Below the pieces are notes generated by a model. The model was not told where the DNA came from, did not search any database, and worked only from the letters and a program-made list of their open reading frames with translations. A stretch of 64,000 bases of DNA from Podarcis cretensis (taxonomy: Eukaryota), in assembly GCA_951804945.1 (NCBI GenBank), contig OX638150.1:63178001-63242000 (forward strand), in the 5' to 3' direction. Of the stretch, positions 11,872 to 24,687 are shown piece after piece; positions within the stretch are counted from its first letter, which is position 1; each line of letters starts with the position of its first letter. A program made the position numbers and the translations under genes.

Positions 11872-11972
11872 AGCTAATCAGGAAGAAGCTGCGAGTGATC
11901 GGCAAGGGCAGGCCTGGGAAGAGGCGGCTGTGGCACAGGGCGCACACATTATGCGCGCAGGGCCACTTGGGG

Positions 11973-12405
11973 ATGATGTATGTGGGATACCTGTTGGATA
12001 AGGACGCCACCAACATGTACCCCAACCCGGTCAGGCACCCCAGCCTGAACCTCAGCCCTCAGAATTACGTGCCGGTGCCCCCTCAGTACTCGGAGTTTGC
12101 CAGCTACCACCACGTGCCAGGGATTAACAGCGATCCTCACCATGGGCAACCCGCGGGCCCCTGGGGCTCTCCCTATACCCCCACCAAAGAGGACTGGCAC
12201 TCCTACGGGGCAGGAGCCCCTTCTTCTGTCGCCAACCCGGGGCAGCTCGGATACAGCCCCCCTGATTTCAATCCAATTCAGCCACCGGGCTCTGGACTGC
12301 TGCCTCCGCCTATGAGCAGCTCGCTGCCCCAGCTCTCGCCAAATGCGCAAAGGCGCACGCCTTATGAGTGGATGAGGCGCCCCGTCCCCACCAACAGCGG
12401 CAATG
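11973..12405 (+). CDS. CDX1: CDX1 coding exon 1 (caudal activation domain plus hexapeptide)
   Basis: Translates to [11 protein letters not shown]...[19 protein letters not shown], with the Cdx N-terminal MYVGYLLDK signature and YEWMR hexapeptide. Tandem ATGs at 11973 and 11976. Phase-1 donor G|GTAAG at 12405/12406. Confidence 0.96.
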
Positions 12406-12804
12406 GTAAGGAACCGTCTCCGTTTCTGTCCTCCTCCTGGCTCTTGGGGAGAGGGCTCGCTTAGGTCACGCAGGAGACCAACTTCTGCTGTTTCTCTGCC
12501 TTTCCTTTTTTCGCTCAGCAAGCCCCACACTAGTTTCCGTTGCTGGTTAGTAGGACTGGGCTGTCAACTTTATAAGGTTTACTCTTCATTATCTTTCGCC
12601 CATCAACTTGTAGACACAAGAGTTTGTGGTCAAGCGGCATTTTAACATGAAAGGGTGCTTGAGAGGTTGGCTGCAAACCCAGGGCCATTTCAGACTCTAC
12701 GCTTAGCAGTTAAACCTGCAGAATATATGCGGTTGGCATGCGTAACCTTCATAGTGTACATGTAGATTTGTCCGTCAGTGAGGTGTGATTGGTGAGAGAG
12801 TCTA

Positions 12805-12950
12805 TAACTTGGTGCTTTGCTTGCAAAAGGTGCCAGGTTCAATCCCTAGCATCTCTGGCCAAAAGAAGTGGCAGGTAGTGGGAGCCTCTGCCAGTCAGAG
12901 TAGGCAATCCTGGGATAGATGGACGAATGGCCTCAGTACGAGTTTGCTTC
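12805..12950 (+). mobile_element. Degenerate tRNA-derived SINE; relatives at ~52470-52600 (-) and ~61185-61315 (+)
   Basis: Box-B-like ggttcaatccct and shared tail (gccagtcag...gatggac). Confidence 0.55.
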
Positions 12951-15649
12951 ATATATCCAAGACAATGGTCGCAACTCAGCACAGAGTTAAGGGCACTTAA
13001 ATGTGGATCTTAGCTAGTGTGTGTATGATCCATACTATATGTTAATCACATTGATTATGACTAAAGAGATTTACCTGGAAGTATGACTTCTTTTTCTGTA
13101 AACGTTATAGCCAAAATTATAAAGGTTATAGGTCTGAGGAGTGGGTGCAGTGGAGGATTTCTAAGAACATAAGATGGGATGAAGACAGTATGTAAATTAA
13201 TAACATGTAGTTTATGGTTTGGGCTGATGACTGTGTATGTATGTGTTTGCTATAAAATGGATGGCTAGAACTTTCAAATAGCTACCTTTAACTGTCGACT
13301 TTTTCAGTATCATTGTCAAACACTTCACTCAGATTCTAGCACTGAGTCACAAGTTAATTTTTCTCTCATCTAGTAAGCCTGTAGTAAACTGACATTTTCT
13401 CAGTCTAGATTACTGACAGCCTCTGCAGGTAAATATTATGCTGAGAGACAACTCTGGTGGATAAAGCAATCTATGTTGATTGCAAATAGTTTGGTAACCT
13501 GGAAATTGCAATATGTTGATTGCAAATATTTTGATTGCAAATATTTTGGTAACCTGGAAATAATTTTTGTTTTATTTTGGTAGACCCTTTGAAAAAGGTC
13601 CAATTGTGGGGAAGGGGTTAATATACATACTGTATTTGGATGTGTTAGTTACCCATTTATTATTAAACTAGCAAGGGGGTGGGCAATCTTCTTACTTTGT
13701 CAACATTATTTTACATTTCAAGGGTCATCTTATGTGTTTCTGTTTTAAAATAAGAAATAATAAAGGTGGCATCTTGGGGAAAGTATGCCCCATTTGCGGG
13801 GGCTTGTGTTAATTAATCAAGGAGCTGCTGTGCTTATGAGCTCTCTTGTTTGTGGGGCACATCACACTTTGTTTTTAGTATATACTTGCTAGCAATGCAG
13901 TATTATAAGAATGTTCCACTATGTTCAATAACACACAGTTTATCTTGAATTGCAGTCTGTGTACACTGACAAAAAAGTGTCCATGTTCCAATTGTCTGCT
14001 ACATATACCTTTTAAAATATAAACAATTGTTTCACATAAGATGCGAAGTGGCTCTGCTTAAGCACAGCCTCAAAGATGCACTCATGTATTTTTCCGGAAA
14101 AATCAATATTCCACATGGTGTCTAATCAAATTTTGGATCATTATAGGACATGGGCATGCCACAGTCTTGATGACCACCATCTCTTCTTTAAATGAGAAAC
14201 TGTCGGATCACTCATTTGGGTTTGGGCTGATCTGTTGACAAATATGGAACTACTAAATTGGGTGATGGATTTGCTTTATGTGATGGTTTAGTATGCAAAG
14301 AAGAATGAAAAGATATTTTTGTATGATTGTATGGAAGAATTCGATGTTTTGCAAGGATGGCTTACACCTATGTATGAAAGGAGAGTTCCACTGGATCTGA
14401 TATGCTTTGTTTTTGTGGAGATTCTGTACATATGTGTGTGTGGTGAGTGCATACATAGGCATCTGCACATAGTCAAGATCACTTAACACAGATTAGTTAC
14501 TCTTTAATACTGTCTGTAATCATATTGTTTTATTCATAATCAGAGTGGTAAAAAGGTAGATTCCCACCTTTCAATTCTTGTGTTTGTACTCTAATCCAAT
14601 TTAGTGAGTGCAAGTATGAAACCACTGAGTGTTATTTATATGTTCTTAATTAAGGCAAGAGTATGTGAGAATGATGGATCTGTAGGGTAGGGTAGGATTG
14701 TGGGTAGAACTATGTGGTTTTCTGTGAAAAATAGGTGTTGTACAAGAATCAGCTACTTAATATCACCATAAGAAGTTAAAATAATAAAGAGTTCAGTGGC
14801 TCTTTTTGAAGTGTGACTGCTTATGTGACAATAAATTGGGTATAACTAACACATTTATTGTGACATAAAGCTTTCACAGACCAGAATGCATTTCATCATG
14901 TGCAAAGTGTTCTTCTAATGCTGTTAAAGCAGCAACTCTTCATCACTTACCTAGAAATAAGCTCTATTGAACTAAATTGGACTTATGTGAGTAGTCAAGA
15001 TCAAACAGAGTTACACTGGGAGTATTTTTAAAGAAACGTGAAGCATGGTTTGCAATCAAATGAACTGATTTCACATAGTATGTAGTTTTACAGAGGCCGT
15101 ACTTGTGTGGGTGGGGTGGAGGACAGGTCATCTCTTTATAGTGTTTATGTCCACATGACAGCTATAATAGGAGTAGCCTATCATTTTAATCTTTCTGCTG
15201 ATGATTGGGCAAACAAAGATTTGTAACTGTAATTTTCTAAATAAATAGAACTTCTGCAGAATTACAAAATGTACAATTAAATGCAAACTTGCATTCAGTG
15301 TTAAAAGGAATTAAAAGTGTAAAAAGGTGGGGAACGGACAAGAATATAGATACCTGTTGACAATAGATTACATAATAATTTAACTATCCTCACCAACAGC
15401 TGTGTGTGGTAGGTCCCAGAGCAAACCTCATGGCTGGGTATTTGATCTCCGCTGTCCAAATCTGACATTCTGCTCACTGTATGCTTGTGTCTCAGTTTCC
15501 TTTTAAAACATGATTTGGTGTTTCAAAATGTCACAAATCCAACTTGACTCACAGCGAAAAAATGGGATGTAAAATTATAAATTCTGGGGTACTTTTTTTT
15601 TTACAGGTGGGAATTATGTATGTGGCGTGGTCAAGCAATGCACCACATG

Positions 15650-15860
15650 TATGTATGTATGTATGTATGTATATGCCACCTTTCTCCAAGAAGCTCAAGG
15701 TGACATACTTGGTTGGTTCTCTTCCATCCAGTTTCATCCTCGCTACAACCCTGCGTGGTAAGTTAGGCTGAGCGCCACCCAGTAAGTTTCACGGCTGAGC
15801 AAGGATCTGGACCCTGGCCGTCCAAGTGCTAACCCAACGCTGGAACGTGACGGACTGTGG
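15650..15860 (-). mobile_element. Degenerate L2-tail/MIR-like SINE
   Basis: (TATG)n tail followed by catcctcgctacaaccctgcgtggtaagttaggctg core. Relatives on + at ~10140-10290, ~54135-54325 and ~60110-60220. Confidence 0.55.
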
Positions 15861-15889
15861 TTCTCATCCAGCGTTAGCCATACTCCGAG

Positions 15890-16640
15890 TAGAGGCGCTG
15901 AAACGAATGGATTTTTAAATCTCTTCCCTACGTTTCTATGAGGGGAAAAGGGCGCGAGCGAATTTTCCCGCCAAGTCCATAATCCCCTCTCGTTGCCTAT
16001 ATTGCCTTGCCGGGAAGCCGGGCCTCCCCTCGACAGGAGCTTTTCGTCCCCCTCGCGTGTTCGCGCCCACCCGGGAGCTCTCCAGCAGCCGGCTTCGGGA
16101 TGGCGCTGAACTCTTGAACTCTGCGCGGGGTCGGGATTTTAAAGGGCTGGGCTTGCTGCCGGGTGGGAAAGTGGAAGTCTCTCCCCAGGGAAAGGCAAAT
16201 GAACATGTCGGGGAAAGACCCCGCGGCGCTGCCCAGTTCAAAGGCGGCCGAGACCAGGAGCTGGTTCATGAAAGGGCCTGCGAGCGCCTCCCTCAAGCCC
16301 AGGGCAAATTTACAAGCGTGCCCCCTTTGTCATGCAGATAGGCAGCGGCCCTGCGTGCAGCGGGGCGCCCAGCGGCTTCCATTGTCCTCAGCTTCGGGGG
16401 CTGGGAAGCGGGGGCTCCTGGCGCCCTTTGAAGTGGGGGCAGCATCTGCAGGCACTTTCTGCTTCCTGCCCGGCTCCACTTCGGGCCGGGCAAACAAGCC
16501 CGCTGCTGGCGTGCAACAGGCCTCCGCTCGCTCCTGCGCAGAAGGGCCAGACTCGCACCGAGGAGAGGCCTGTCTTCGCCCGCTGAATGCGAGCGGCGAG
16601 ATGTACTGGTGTCTCTTCATTTAAGCCAAGCGGCCTGATG
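15890..16640. promoter_or_regulatory. CDX1: CpG-rich CDX1 intron-1 enhancer with DR2 RARE and TCF/LEF sites
   Basis: GC/CpG-rich island in an AT-rich intron. TGAACT-ct-TGAACT at 16107-16120 is a perfect DR2. TTCAAAG at 16237-16243 and CTTTGAA at 16426-16432. Consistent with the known amniote Cdx1 intronic RA/Wnt enhancer. Confidence 0.8.
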
Positions 16641-18574
16641 CAATACTTAAGCATCTATCTCACAAAGAGGCGCTGGCATAATAGGTGAAAGCTTGCTTTT
16701 TCAGAATCTCCGCTTCAGCTGGAAATTTGGCATTGAAAATCCTTCAGGTTTGGAAATGTGTCGCTCAGTTCGGGTTTGAACCACGTTTTATATACCATAG
16801 GCCCAACCTTGCCAGACTTGATTTCAGCGAGAGAGATTTAGGCAGGAGTTTAACGTTTCCTTGAAATCAGCAAGACTTTTAAATATCAAACTTGTTATTT
16901 AAAAATACTGTAAAACAAAGCAGTGGGTTTTGTTTTGGTTTTAGTTCACCATCTTTATTCCTTGTAAAGAATGATTTTGCCGATCACAAAATTGCCTTCA
17001 CTTGGGCATACAGTGGCCCAAGTCACAATCATGCCATCAAACTTCATGATTTTTGAATGGAATGAATGAATGGGTGAGTGGGAAATGAAAACCTGCTCTG
17101 GTCATATGAAGATGCACCTCCTCTGCAACATCTGAAGCAAGCACAATGACTTTAAACACCATCACCACCTTGATTCATGGATTCATCCGCAACAATAGTG
17201 ACTACTTTTCTGCCATCTGACAAAGCTATGTTTTCCAGGAATGGTGTATGTCCCCATACTGTTTTACTTACCCCTCTACAGCCTTTTTAGTGAGAGATAA
17301 TGCGTACGTACTGTTTTGTGGTATTGTGATGGCAATTGCAAGCATGTCTGCACCAAAGTAGATGTTGAATCATTTAGGAGTTGAGCAGGCTGTTACAATA
17401 CAATGATATCCAGAGACTCCTGATTTCCTTAAATAGGTTGCTAAAGAAAAGTACAATGAAGTGGGCTGGCTGGGAAGGTCTCGGAACAGTCAATATTCCC
17501 CTTAGGAATTCCCCTTCTGGAGAGTCGATCCTGGGCTATTTCCCTGCAAGAAATCTTAACAATGTGTCAATTCTCCTGTACTTTACAGATTCTATGAAAA
17601 TCTGTTCATCTGCAGATGTCTATTTTGGTTTTGTTCAGTGAATTCATGCATCACAAAATTTTGGAAGACATCTCACCTTGGACTGAACCAGTGCTGATTT
17701 AGTATTTGCATATGAGAGTTGAACTAAAGCACAGAATTAGGGGTGGGGATGTATTTTAGTTGGTGTTTTCTCTTGAGACTGGAACCATACACACGGTTTA
17801 CAACGTGCATGCTTTTCTAGACAGGCCTAAGCAGGGGTGAGGGACCCATCACCTTCAAAAATACATTTTTAAATTGAGTTAAGTCTTAATGGTATGTGAA
17901 GCTCATTGCTTGCAGTGAATTAGATTAGTAACCTTTCTAATTGAGTATATGGTCAATTAGACTGAACTCTGGAAATGTACACCCTTAGCCCTAGATCCTC
18001 TAGGAACTTCATTTTTTTTCTTTAGCAAGGATAGGGAAACTACAAGAAAATCACAGCAGCTGCCATTTGTGTGAGTGGGTGGTCAGACACACAGGTTCGG
18101 GAATCTGTCATTCATGCATCTCAGACCCAAATATAAAAAGGGGGGGGGGTCAAATATTTGGTCATTTTCTAGCAGTATTTTTAGAACATGTACATTGGAA
18201 GTGCCTCTGGAGAGTACTGCAGTATGAAAGGCCACCACTGCATGAGTCACTGCTCAAATGGGGACCTGTAAGAGAAGACTGAAATTTTGTCATATTATAA
18301 ACTTACTTTCTGGCTGCCCTGGCAGACTGTACTTAAAATAGAGCCAAATCCTGGTGCACCAAGGAAAAAAACAACCCAGTTTATGTAGCCTGCATTAACT
18401 ATAAAAAATGATCTCTGCTTATTCTGCTTCTCTGAGTGGCAGTGAGGGGAAAGGAGTGAATTCTCCCAAGGCCTCTTCTGCTCTGAGATTTAGTTATATA
18501 CACATTCTCAAGCCAATCTTCCCAAGCAACAACAATGAATAATATGAAATCTAAGATTGCAAAGAGGCAATCCA

Positions 18575-19250
18575 GTGTTTGATGTCCATGATGGGCTGGA
18601 TAAGGGCTAACAAACAGAAACCAAAGCTAGTTCTTTTGATCAGTAGGCAGGATCTTGGTTTGGAGGTTCATTGGCATTGAAGGGGCATGCTATTTGGGGA
18701 AATTTGGACTGAGTCTTAGACCTGGTTTTTCAAATCTTGGACATGGCTAGAAACATCTTTCCATGAATAAGATTTCTGCGCCATCCACATACTTTCTTGA
18801 AAACTTAAAATTTGGCTGTGATGATCCATGCCATCTTGTCTTGATTATTTTAACATGCTGAATATAGGGCTACCTTTGAAGACCATTCAGAACATTCTGA
18901 AAAGTTGTATCAGAATGCTGCCAGCAGGTTTCTTATGCAGGTGAGATATAGTGCTTATGTTACCCAACTGCATTCTGCATTGGCTGCCCATTTGTCTCCC
19001 AGCATAAGTCAGAGTTCTGGTTGACCAATAAAGCCCTAGGGACAAGGTTATCTGAAATACCATCTTCTTCCATACAATCCTGCTGAGAATCGAGACCTTC
19101 CAAATATGCCTTTCTCACTGTCCCTTCAGCTATTCCTAAGACAACAATTAGGGATGGAATTTTCTGAAAATCTTTATGTCGACCTTATCCAGAGAGATTA
19201 TTTCCCCGCCTAATTCCTGCCTTGCTCCTTGATCTCAGTGACAAGCAAGT
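18575..19250 (+). mobile_element. Degenerate L2 LINE 3-prime region
   Basis: Remnants of the LHWLP and KAL motifs (ctgcattggctgccc, aataaagccct). Confidence 0.6.
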
Positions 19251-19699
19251 TTTTTTTTAAACCAGCCCTGCTAAAAATAGAAACATTCTAGCATTTTATA
19301 TGCATATTATATGCATATACATTCCAGGTTTCTTATGGTAGTGCTCACATAAAAGAGATACATGCAGCAATGCATATAACGGAATAATACTTGTGTTTTA
19401 ATACTGTACTTATATAGGACAAAATGGTGCTTCTTTTATATACTAGATATACATATACGTATAATAGATGTATAATTTTGCATATAATTATCCAGGTTTT
19501 TTAAAAACACAAAAATGCATGAGAGGTTCTGACACAAACTTTTGTATTCAAGAGGTGATCCAATACTTGATTGGGTCAGAAAAGCCAGATTCTATGTCTA
19601 AATCCATCCAAAAATATTTTTTGCTCCACCCCACATGACCATGCACAAAAGGGCATTTTCTGTGGTGGTTCCTGCCCTCTGAAACACTCTTCTTCATGA

Positions 19700-19780
19700 G
19701 ATAGAATCCTAGAATTGTAGAGTTGGAAGAGACCCCAAGGGTCATCTAGTCTAACCCTCTGCGATGCAGAAATTCCTCCC
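19700..19780 (-). mobile_element. CR1-type 3-prime tail; other copies at ~7680-7735, ~28355-28555 and ~48690-48830 (+)
   Basis: tagaatcctagaattgtagagttggaagagacc is the reverse complement of the CR1 (ATTCTRTG)n terminus. Confidence 0.7.
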
Positions 19781-21727
19781 ACAGCCATCCCTTGGTGGGC
19801 ACAAACCACCAACCTTCTGGTTATCAGCCAAAGCCACTGACCCATTCCTCTCTATGGTTACTTCACTGCTTGTGTTCAATAGGACAGTTAAAACATTTCA
19901 TTTTAATAAAGGTTTTGAGACCTCTTAATTTTGGGGGGCTGCTGTGAGTTTTACTGTTTTCTATAACTTGTCTTTATTTCATATTGTTTTTAATGTACAC
20001 GGCTCTTAGGGAGGAAGGATGTACAATATTTTAAAAACAATAAACATGCCCATTATCAGGCTTCTGAATTGAGCTGAACCCTGTGTTCCCTACCATAGTC
20101 ACTGCAGTTGATTTATTTGCCTATTTTCTCTCTGCCTCACAATAATGTGAATGCCCTACCGTAGCAGCCAGTTATATGAGAAGCGTGGACAAATTATGGA
20201 AATGCTAATGTGTGTAAATTGTGTGATGAATAAAGAGTCAGAAATGCATTGTATTAGATGAAGTATTCCTTTCCCTCATACTATCTGCACTGGGTTGTTG
20301 AACTTCATTTCTGCTGGATATTATTTGCATTCTGACATAATGTTAATTTATGGTTTACAGTTATGAGAATAACCTACACACACACACACACACACCACAA
20401 GAGCTTCCCCACTCCACTAGGAGATCAGAAACTTCTGCTTTGGTTTTAGATTAGCCAGGTTTAGGACATGGCTTTGAACCCATGGCTGTTAAAACAATCC
20501 AGTTTAATAACCAATACTCTGTGTTTATTGTGATAACCAAACACAACCATTGACTTGCATGGCTTGTTTGCACAAATACTTTTTCATGTGTTAGTGGTGA
20601 CTTTAGGCAACTGTAACATATGACTAGTTTGCACAGAATGAATTGCAACCAATGGGAAAGTAATGTAGGTGCACGACTGAGAAATGAAATATTTGTGTGA
20701 CCTTTTTCATAATAAGGTGCATGGGACAGGTGAATGATACACCTTCTTTGAAAGGAGCAGTAGGACCCAGTTTTGTGAGACCATTATGCCTGGAAACCCT
20801 GATCCTTTTCCAGAATGATTTTCCCAGTGGTCGGGCTGCATTTACTATGTTTCACGAGGCAGAGTTTTAATTTGTCTGTGTTTTTGATAGTTGGTAGACC
20901 CAGAATGACACTAGGTTTCCACTATTTTTGTTTTGTGCAACATCTAATGGGCTTTTGATATATGTTTGTAACAGCCACGGCATTGCAGAATACTGTATAG
21001 TAATAAAATATGGCCATTAGATGACATGTTTAATGTTTTTATAATGCCTTCGATTATAATGTCTTAATGTTTTTATAATGCCTTAGACTTTAATAAACCA
21101 TTTAGAGAATGGTAGCTTAATAGAGAGGTCTTTTTGCTAGTTTTCTGATTGGTTATGTCGATTCATTGTAACACTTTAAGGGCCTCGAACTTTCATCTTT
21201 TTGATTTGTTTACTTCCCAAAGGGTCTGTAGAATAGAAAACATAAGAGAACTGGTACTGAAAGAATCACACATTTGTTATCTGTGTGGTTAACTTGAGAG
21301 CCTTTTTTAACCAGGAAAGGATTACAATCTAGTTCTGCTTAGAACTCATCAAAGGCTTGGTATCACCTTCACTTTATCAAAACTGGAGCCAGTTGGTATT
21401 TTGAGGTCCTGGGGCAGCAAAGAAGGTGTCTTATTTTGTGATGGTGGGAAACAAAAACATTGTAACTAGATTTTACTTAAAATGTTACACAACAGAGTTG
21501 TATTAAGATAAAATAAAATCTCAAAAACATTTCTAAATAAGTTAAATGATCTAGTTGGATTGGATTATGAGAAACTTATTCTCTCCTTAAATACAAATAA
21601 ACAAAATAATTTTTTTAAAAAATAATAAACTACCGAAAAATTCATACACATTTCAGTTATAACACTGAAAGGCAAATATATACTTGTATATTATTATGAA
21701 AATGGTTTTATATAAAGTATCATAAAT

Positions 21728-22382
21728 CAGGGTGAATAAAAAGCAATTATTTTCAAAAAAATAAAAAATTGGATTTTAAAAAAATTTAAATTAGATTTTT
21801 TAAATTTAAATTGGATTTTTAAAATAAAATGCTTTTGGAGGAAAAATCTTTCTAAAGATAGTTTTCTATTTAAGTTACATTATAGTCCAAAGGCTATTCA
21901 TCAGGAAATAAGGATTTGTTTTAAGTTTTTCATGTGTGCTAAAACTCAGTCTAAATTTTTTTTTAATCGTTTAACCACATCAGTTAACAAACATGAATAC
22001 ATATGCTATAATGTTATTGTTTTAGTTAAATAAATTGTTTAAATTGTTATTAAGGAAATGATTATTTTTCTCCTTCTAATAAAGTACAGCAGAAAAGTTG
22101 TCCAAATATAAACAGTTAACTTATTAAACCTCACAATAATTTCATAATTATCTGTCAATGTATTTCTAATAGTATAACCAAATCAGTAATTTTTGATATA
22201 ACTGTAAAAACTACTCTGAAAATTTATTATTCCAAAAATGTAACCTTCATCTGGTTGTAAATATTAAGATTATACCAGCAAGAATGAGTCTTTCTATTTA
22301 AAAAAATCATTTAAATCAAGTCTTACTGACTAGTGACTTAAATAGTTTTTTTAATTGATTTGATTTAAATCAATCCACCCTG
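21728..22382. mobile_element. Non-autonomous hAT DNA transposon, 655 bp, AT-rich
   Basis: Termini CAGGGTG...CACCCTG with perfect 8-bp TSD TCATAAAT (21720-21727, 22383-22390) and subterminal GATTTAAAT-type repeats. Confidence 0.85.
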
Positions 22383-22939
22383 TCATAAATACATAACATT
22401 TTTCAATGAACAGTATTTTATTGCCCAAAATAACTTCATTAAAATACACTTAGTTAATAAAACAATGCTCCAAATATTATTGAGCAGTTCTGAGATTGGT
22501 AGCACTTGTCATAAACCCCCAACCCCATAAGTTGTTATAGGGATTCTCACTAATACAAATGCATTTAATATCAAATCAGAATAAATGTCTTAGAACTAGG
22601 CACCTAGGTAGAATTTATTGTATATACATATGGTGCCAGACGTTTGTAACATCCAAAAGATGTGAAATTCTTTTTTAGAAACATAGGGTGGTATCCAACG
22701 CTACTCAAAGTAAACTCATTGGGTTTAAGTAAGAATTGATTTCTACTGTGGGTCTACTGTGAGTATGGCTTAGTCAGGTGTCACACCATGAAATTTCATT
22801 TCGAAATAGAAATTGAAAATATGAGCAACGAAAGGGAAGAACACATAAAAATACAAGATCACTAATTAAGAGAAAAGGGGAAAGAATAATAAAAAGTGAA
22901 GCTTAATTGGTTATATTCTTGGTATATGAGGTTGTGAGC

Positions 22940-23070
22940 CATGCTATTTTTCTAGAAAAAGAGGTGCCAGAGCTCACCATGAACTTCTCCCTCATTCTCT
23001 TAGAATGGCAATGAGAGGTGCCAGAACTGAGTGCTCGGGTGAGCTCCGGTTGAAAAAAAAAAAGCCCTGG
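22940..23070. mobile_element. Short MITE (probably hAT)
   Basis: Imperfect inverted ends (catgctattttt / aaaaagccctgg) and repeated gaggtgccaga motif. Confidence 0.5.
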
Positions 23071-24143
23071 TTGTAAGGCGATTATAGTAAAACAGCCCGA
23101 TGATCTCTTAACTATTGAAAGCATCAGATGTAGAAATGATATAATTGAATCATAATGAGAAAATACTTGTACACATATAGAAAAACTGTTAATGCACATA
23201 GATTGGAATAATCTAATTCTTCTGAAAGTGCAAACCCTTTCATTTCATTTTGGCCAGTGCAAGTAAGTCACTTCATATACAGATGCTGTCCTATGTACAT
23301 TAGGTACATTATATTATTTAAAATCTGTAATCATTTTAAAGCATTTTTAATAAACAAAGGAGTAACCCGCTCAGGAATAAGATTAACATAGAGAGCAAAT
23401 AAAACTCTTAAATGAATCAAACAATCAAACATGAATCAAACAATCAGTTTGAATTGATTAATGGCTGGCATCATGCTGCAACTGGAGTATGCATTTGCCT
23501 TAAAAATATCAACAGTTTAATTATGCATGTTATAAATCATAATCCTAGATGGCTATATTAAAGGCTCCTTCTCAGCTCCTTATTGACTAAATTGCTACTG
23601 GGATGTATCCTGAGAGCTGCTGGAAAATAACGTAGTAGTGTTATTAAATCTTGGAGAACCTGGGAGAAAAAGGGACCTTTAGATGATATGATTTAGTGTT
23701 CAAGATATCATGAATGAAATTATTAAAAGCTTCTAACACCTTGATCAACAGGACTTAGATCTATTGATTTTAGTGGAATTTATATCCACTTGTTTAGTGT
23801 TTAGTTGGATAGGGATTTAGGTCATTTTGTTTGCTTATAACCAAGCACACATTTCCAGCTTGTGATATTGAGCCTACCAATTATTTAAGCAGGAGCAATT
23901 TCATCTAAGCCAGCCCAAACACCTTTTGCTTGAAACTAAACAGATATATAGGCACACGTACTTTATGCATCATTAGCAGCATTAGGGATTGGGCCAGCTT
24001 TAATTTGCTTGTTTGTAGCATTTTAAGACCACGTACCGCTAAGAGGAACAGCACCTTTCACAATTAACAAAAATCTAAGAGCATCAAACATAACTGCAAC
24101 TTTATCAAATTATGAAAACACTTAATGAAATAAGAATAAAAAT

Positions 24144-24687
24144 TTGTTGTTGTTTAGTCGTTTAGTCGTGTCCGACTCTTCGTGACCCCATGGACCAGAG
24201 AACGCCAGGCACTCCTGTCCTCCACTGCCCCCCGCAGCTTGGTCAGACTCATGCTGGTAACCTCGAAAACACTATCCAACCATCTCGTCCTCTGTCGCCC
24301 CCTTCTCCTTGTGCCCTCCATCTTTCCCAACATCAGGGTCTTCTCCAGGGAGTCTTCTCTTCTCATGAGGTGGCCAAAGTACTGGAGCCTCAGCTTCACA
24401 ATCTGTCCTTCCAGTGAGCACTCAGGGCTGATTTCCTTCAGAATGGAGAGGTTTGATCTTCTTGCAGTCCATGGGACTCTCAAGAGTCTCCTCCAGCACC
24501 ATAATTCAAAAGCATCAATTCTTCGGCGATCAGCCTTCTTTATGGTCCAGCTCTCACTTCCATACATCACTACTGGGAAAACCATAGCTTTAACTATACG
24601 GACCTTTGTTGGCAAGGTGATGTCTCTACTTCTCAAGATGCTGTCTAGGCCTGTCATTGCCCTTCTCCCAAGAAGCAGGCGTCTTTT
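24144..24687 (-). mobile_element. BovB (RTE clade) LINE, 5-prime truncated, young
   Basis: Intact C-terminal ORF (…DAFELWCWRRLLRVPWTARRSN…GVTKSRTRLND), (CAA)n tail, and perfect 15-bp TSD aataagaataaaaat (24129-24143, 24688-24702). Confidence 0.93.

Noticed and set aside
11895-12464. 189-aa ORF as a single-exon protein
   Set aside because: It is CDX1 exon 1 extended by leader sequence from a GTG and by read-through of the splice donor.
11949-12530. 193-aa antisense ORF over CDX1 exon 1
   Set aside because: Shadow ORF of GC-rich coding sequence with no recognisable motif.
15936-16654. Cluster of overlapping ORFs in the intronic CpG island
   Set aside because: Stop-poor GC-rich enhancer DNA with no coding signature or clear splice framework.
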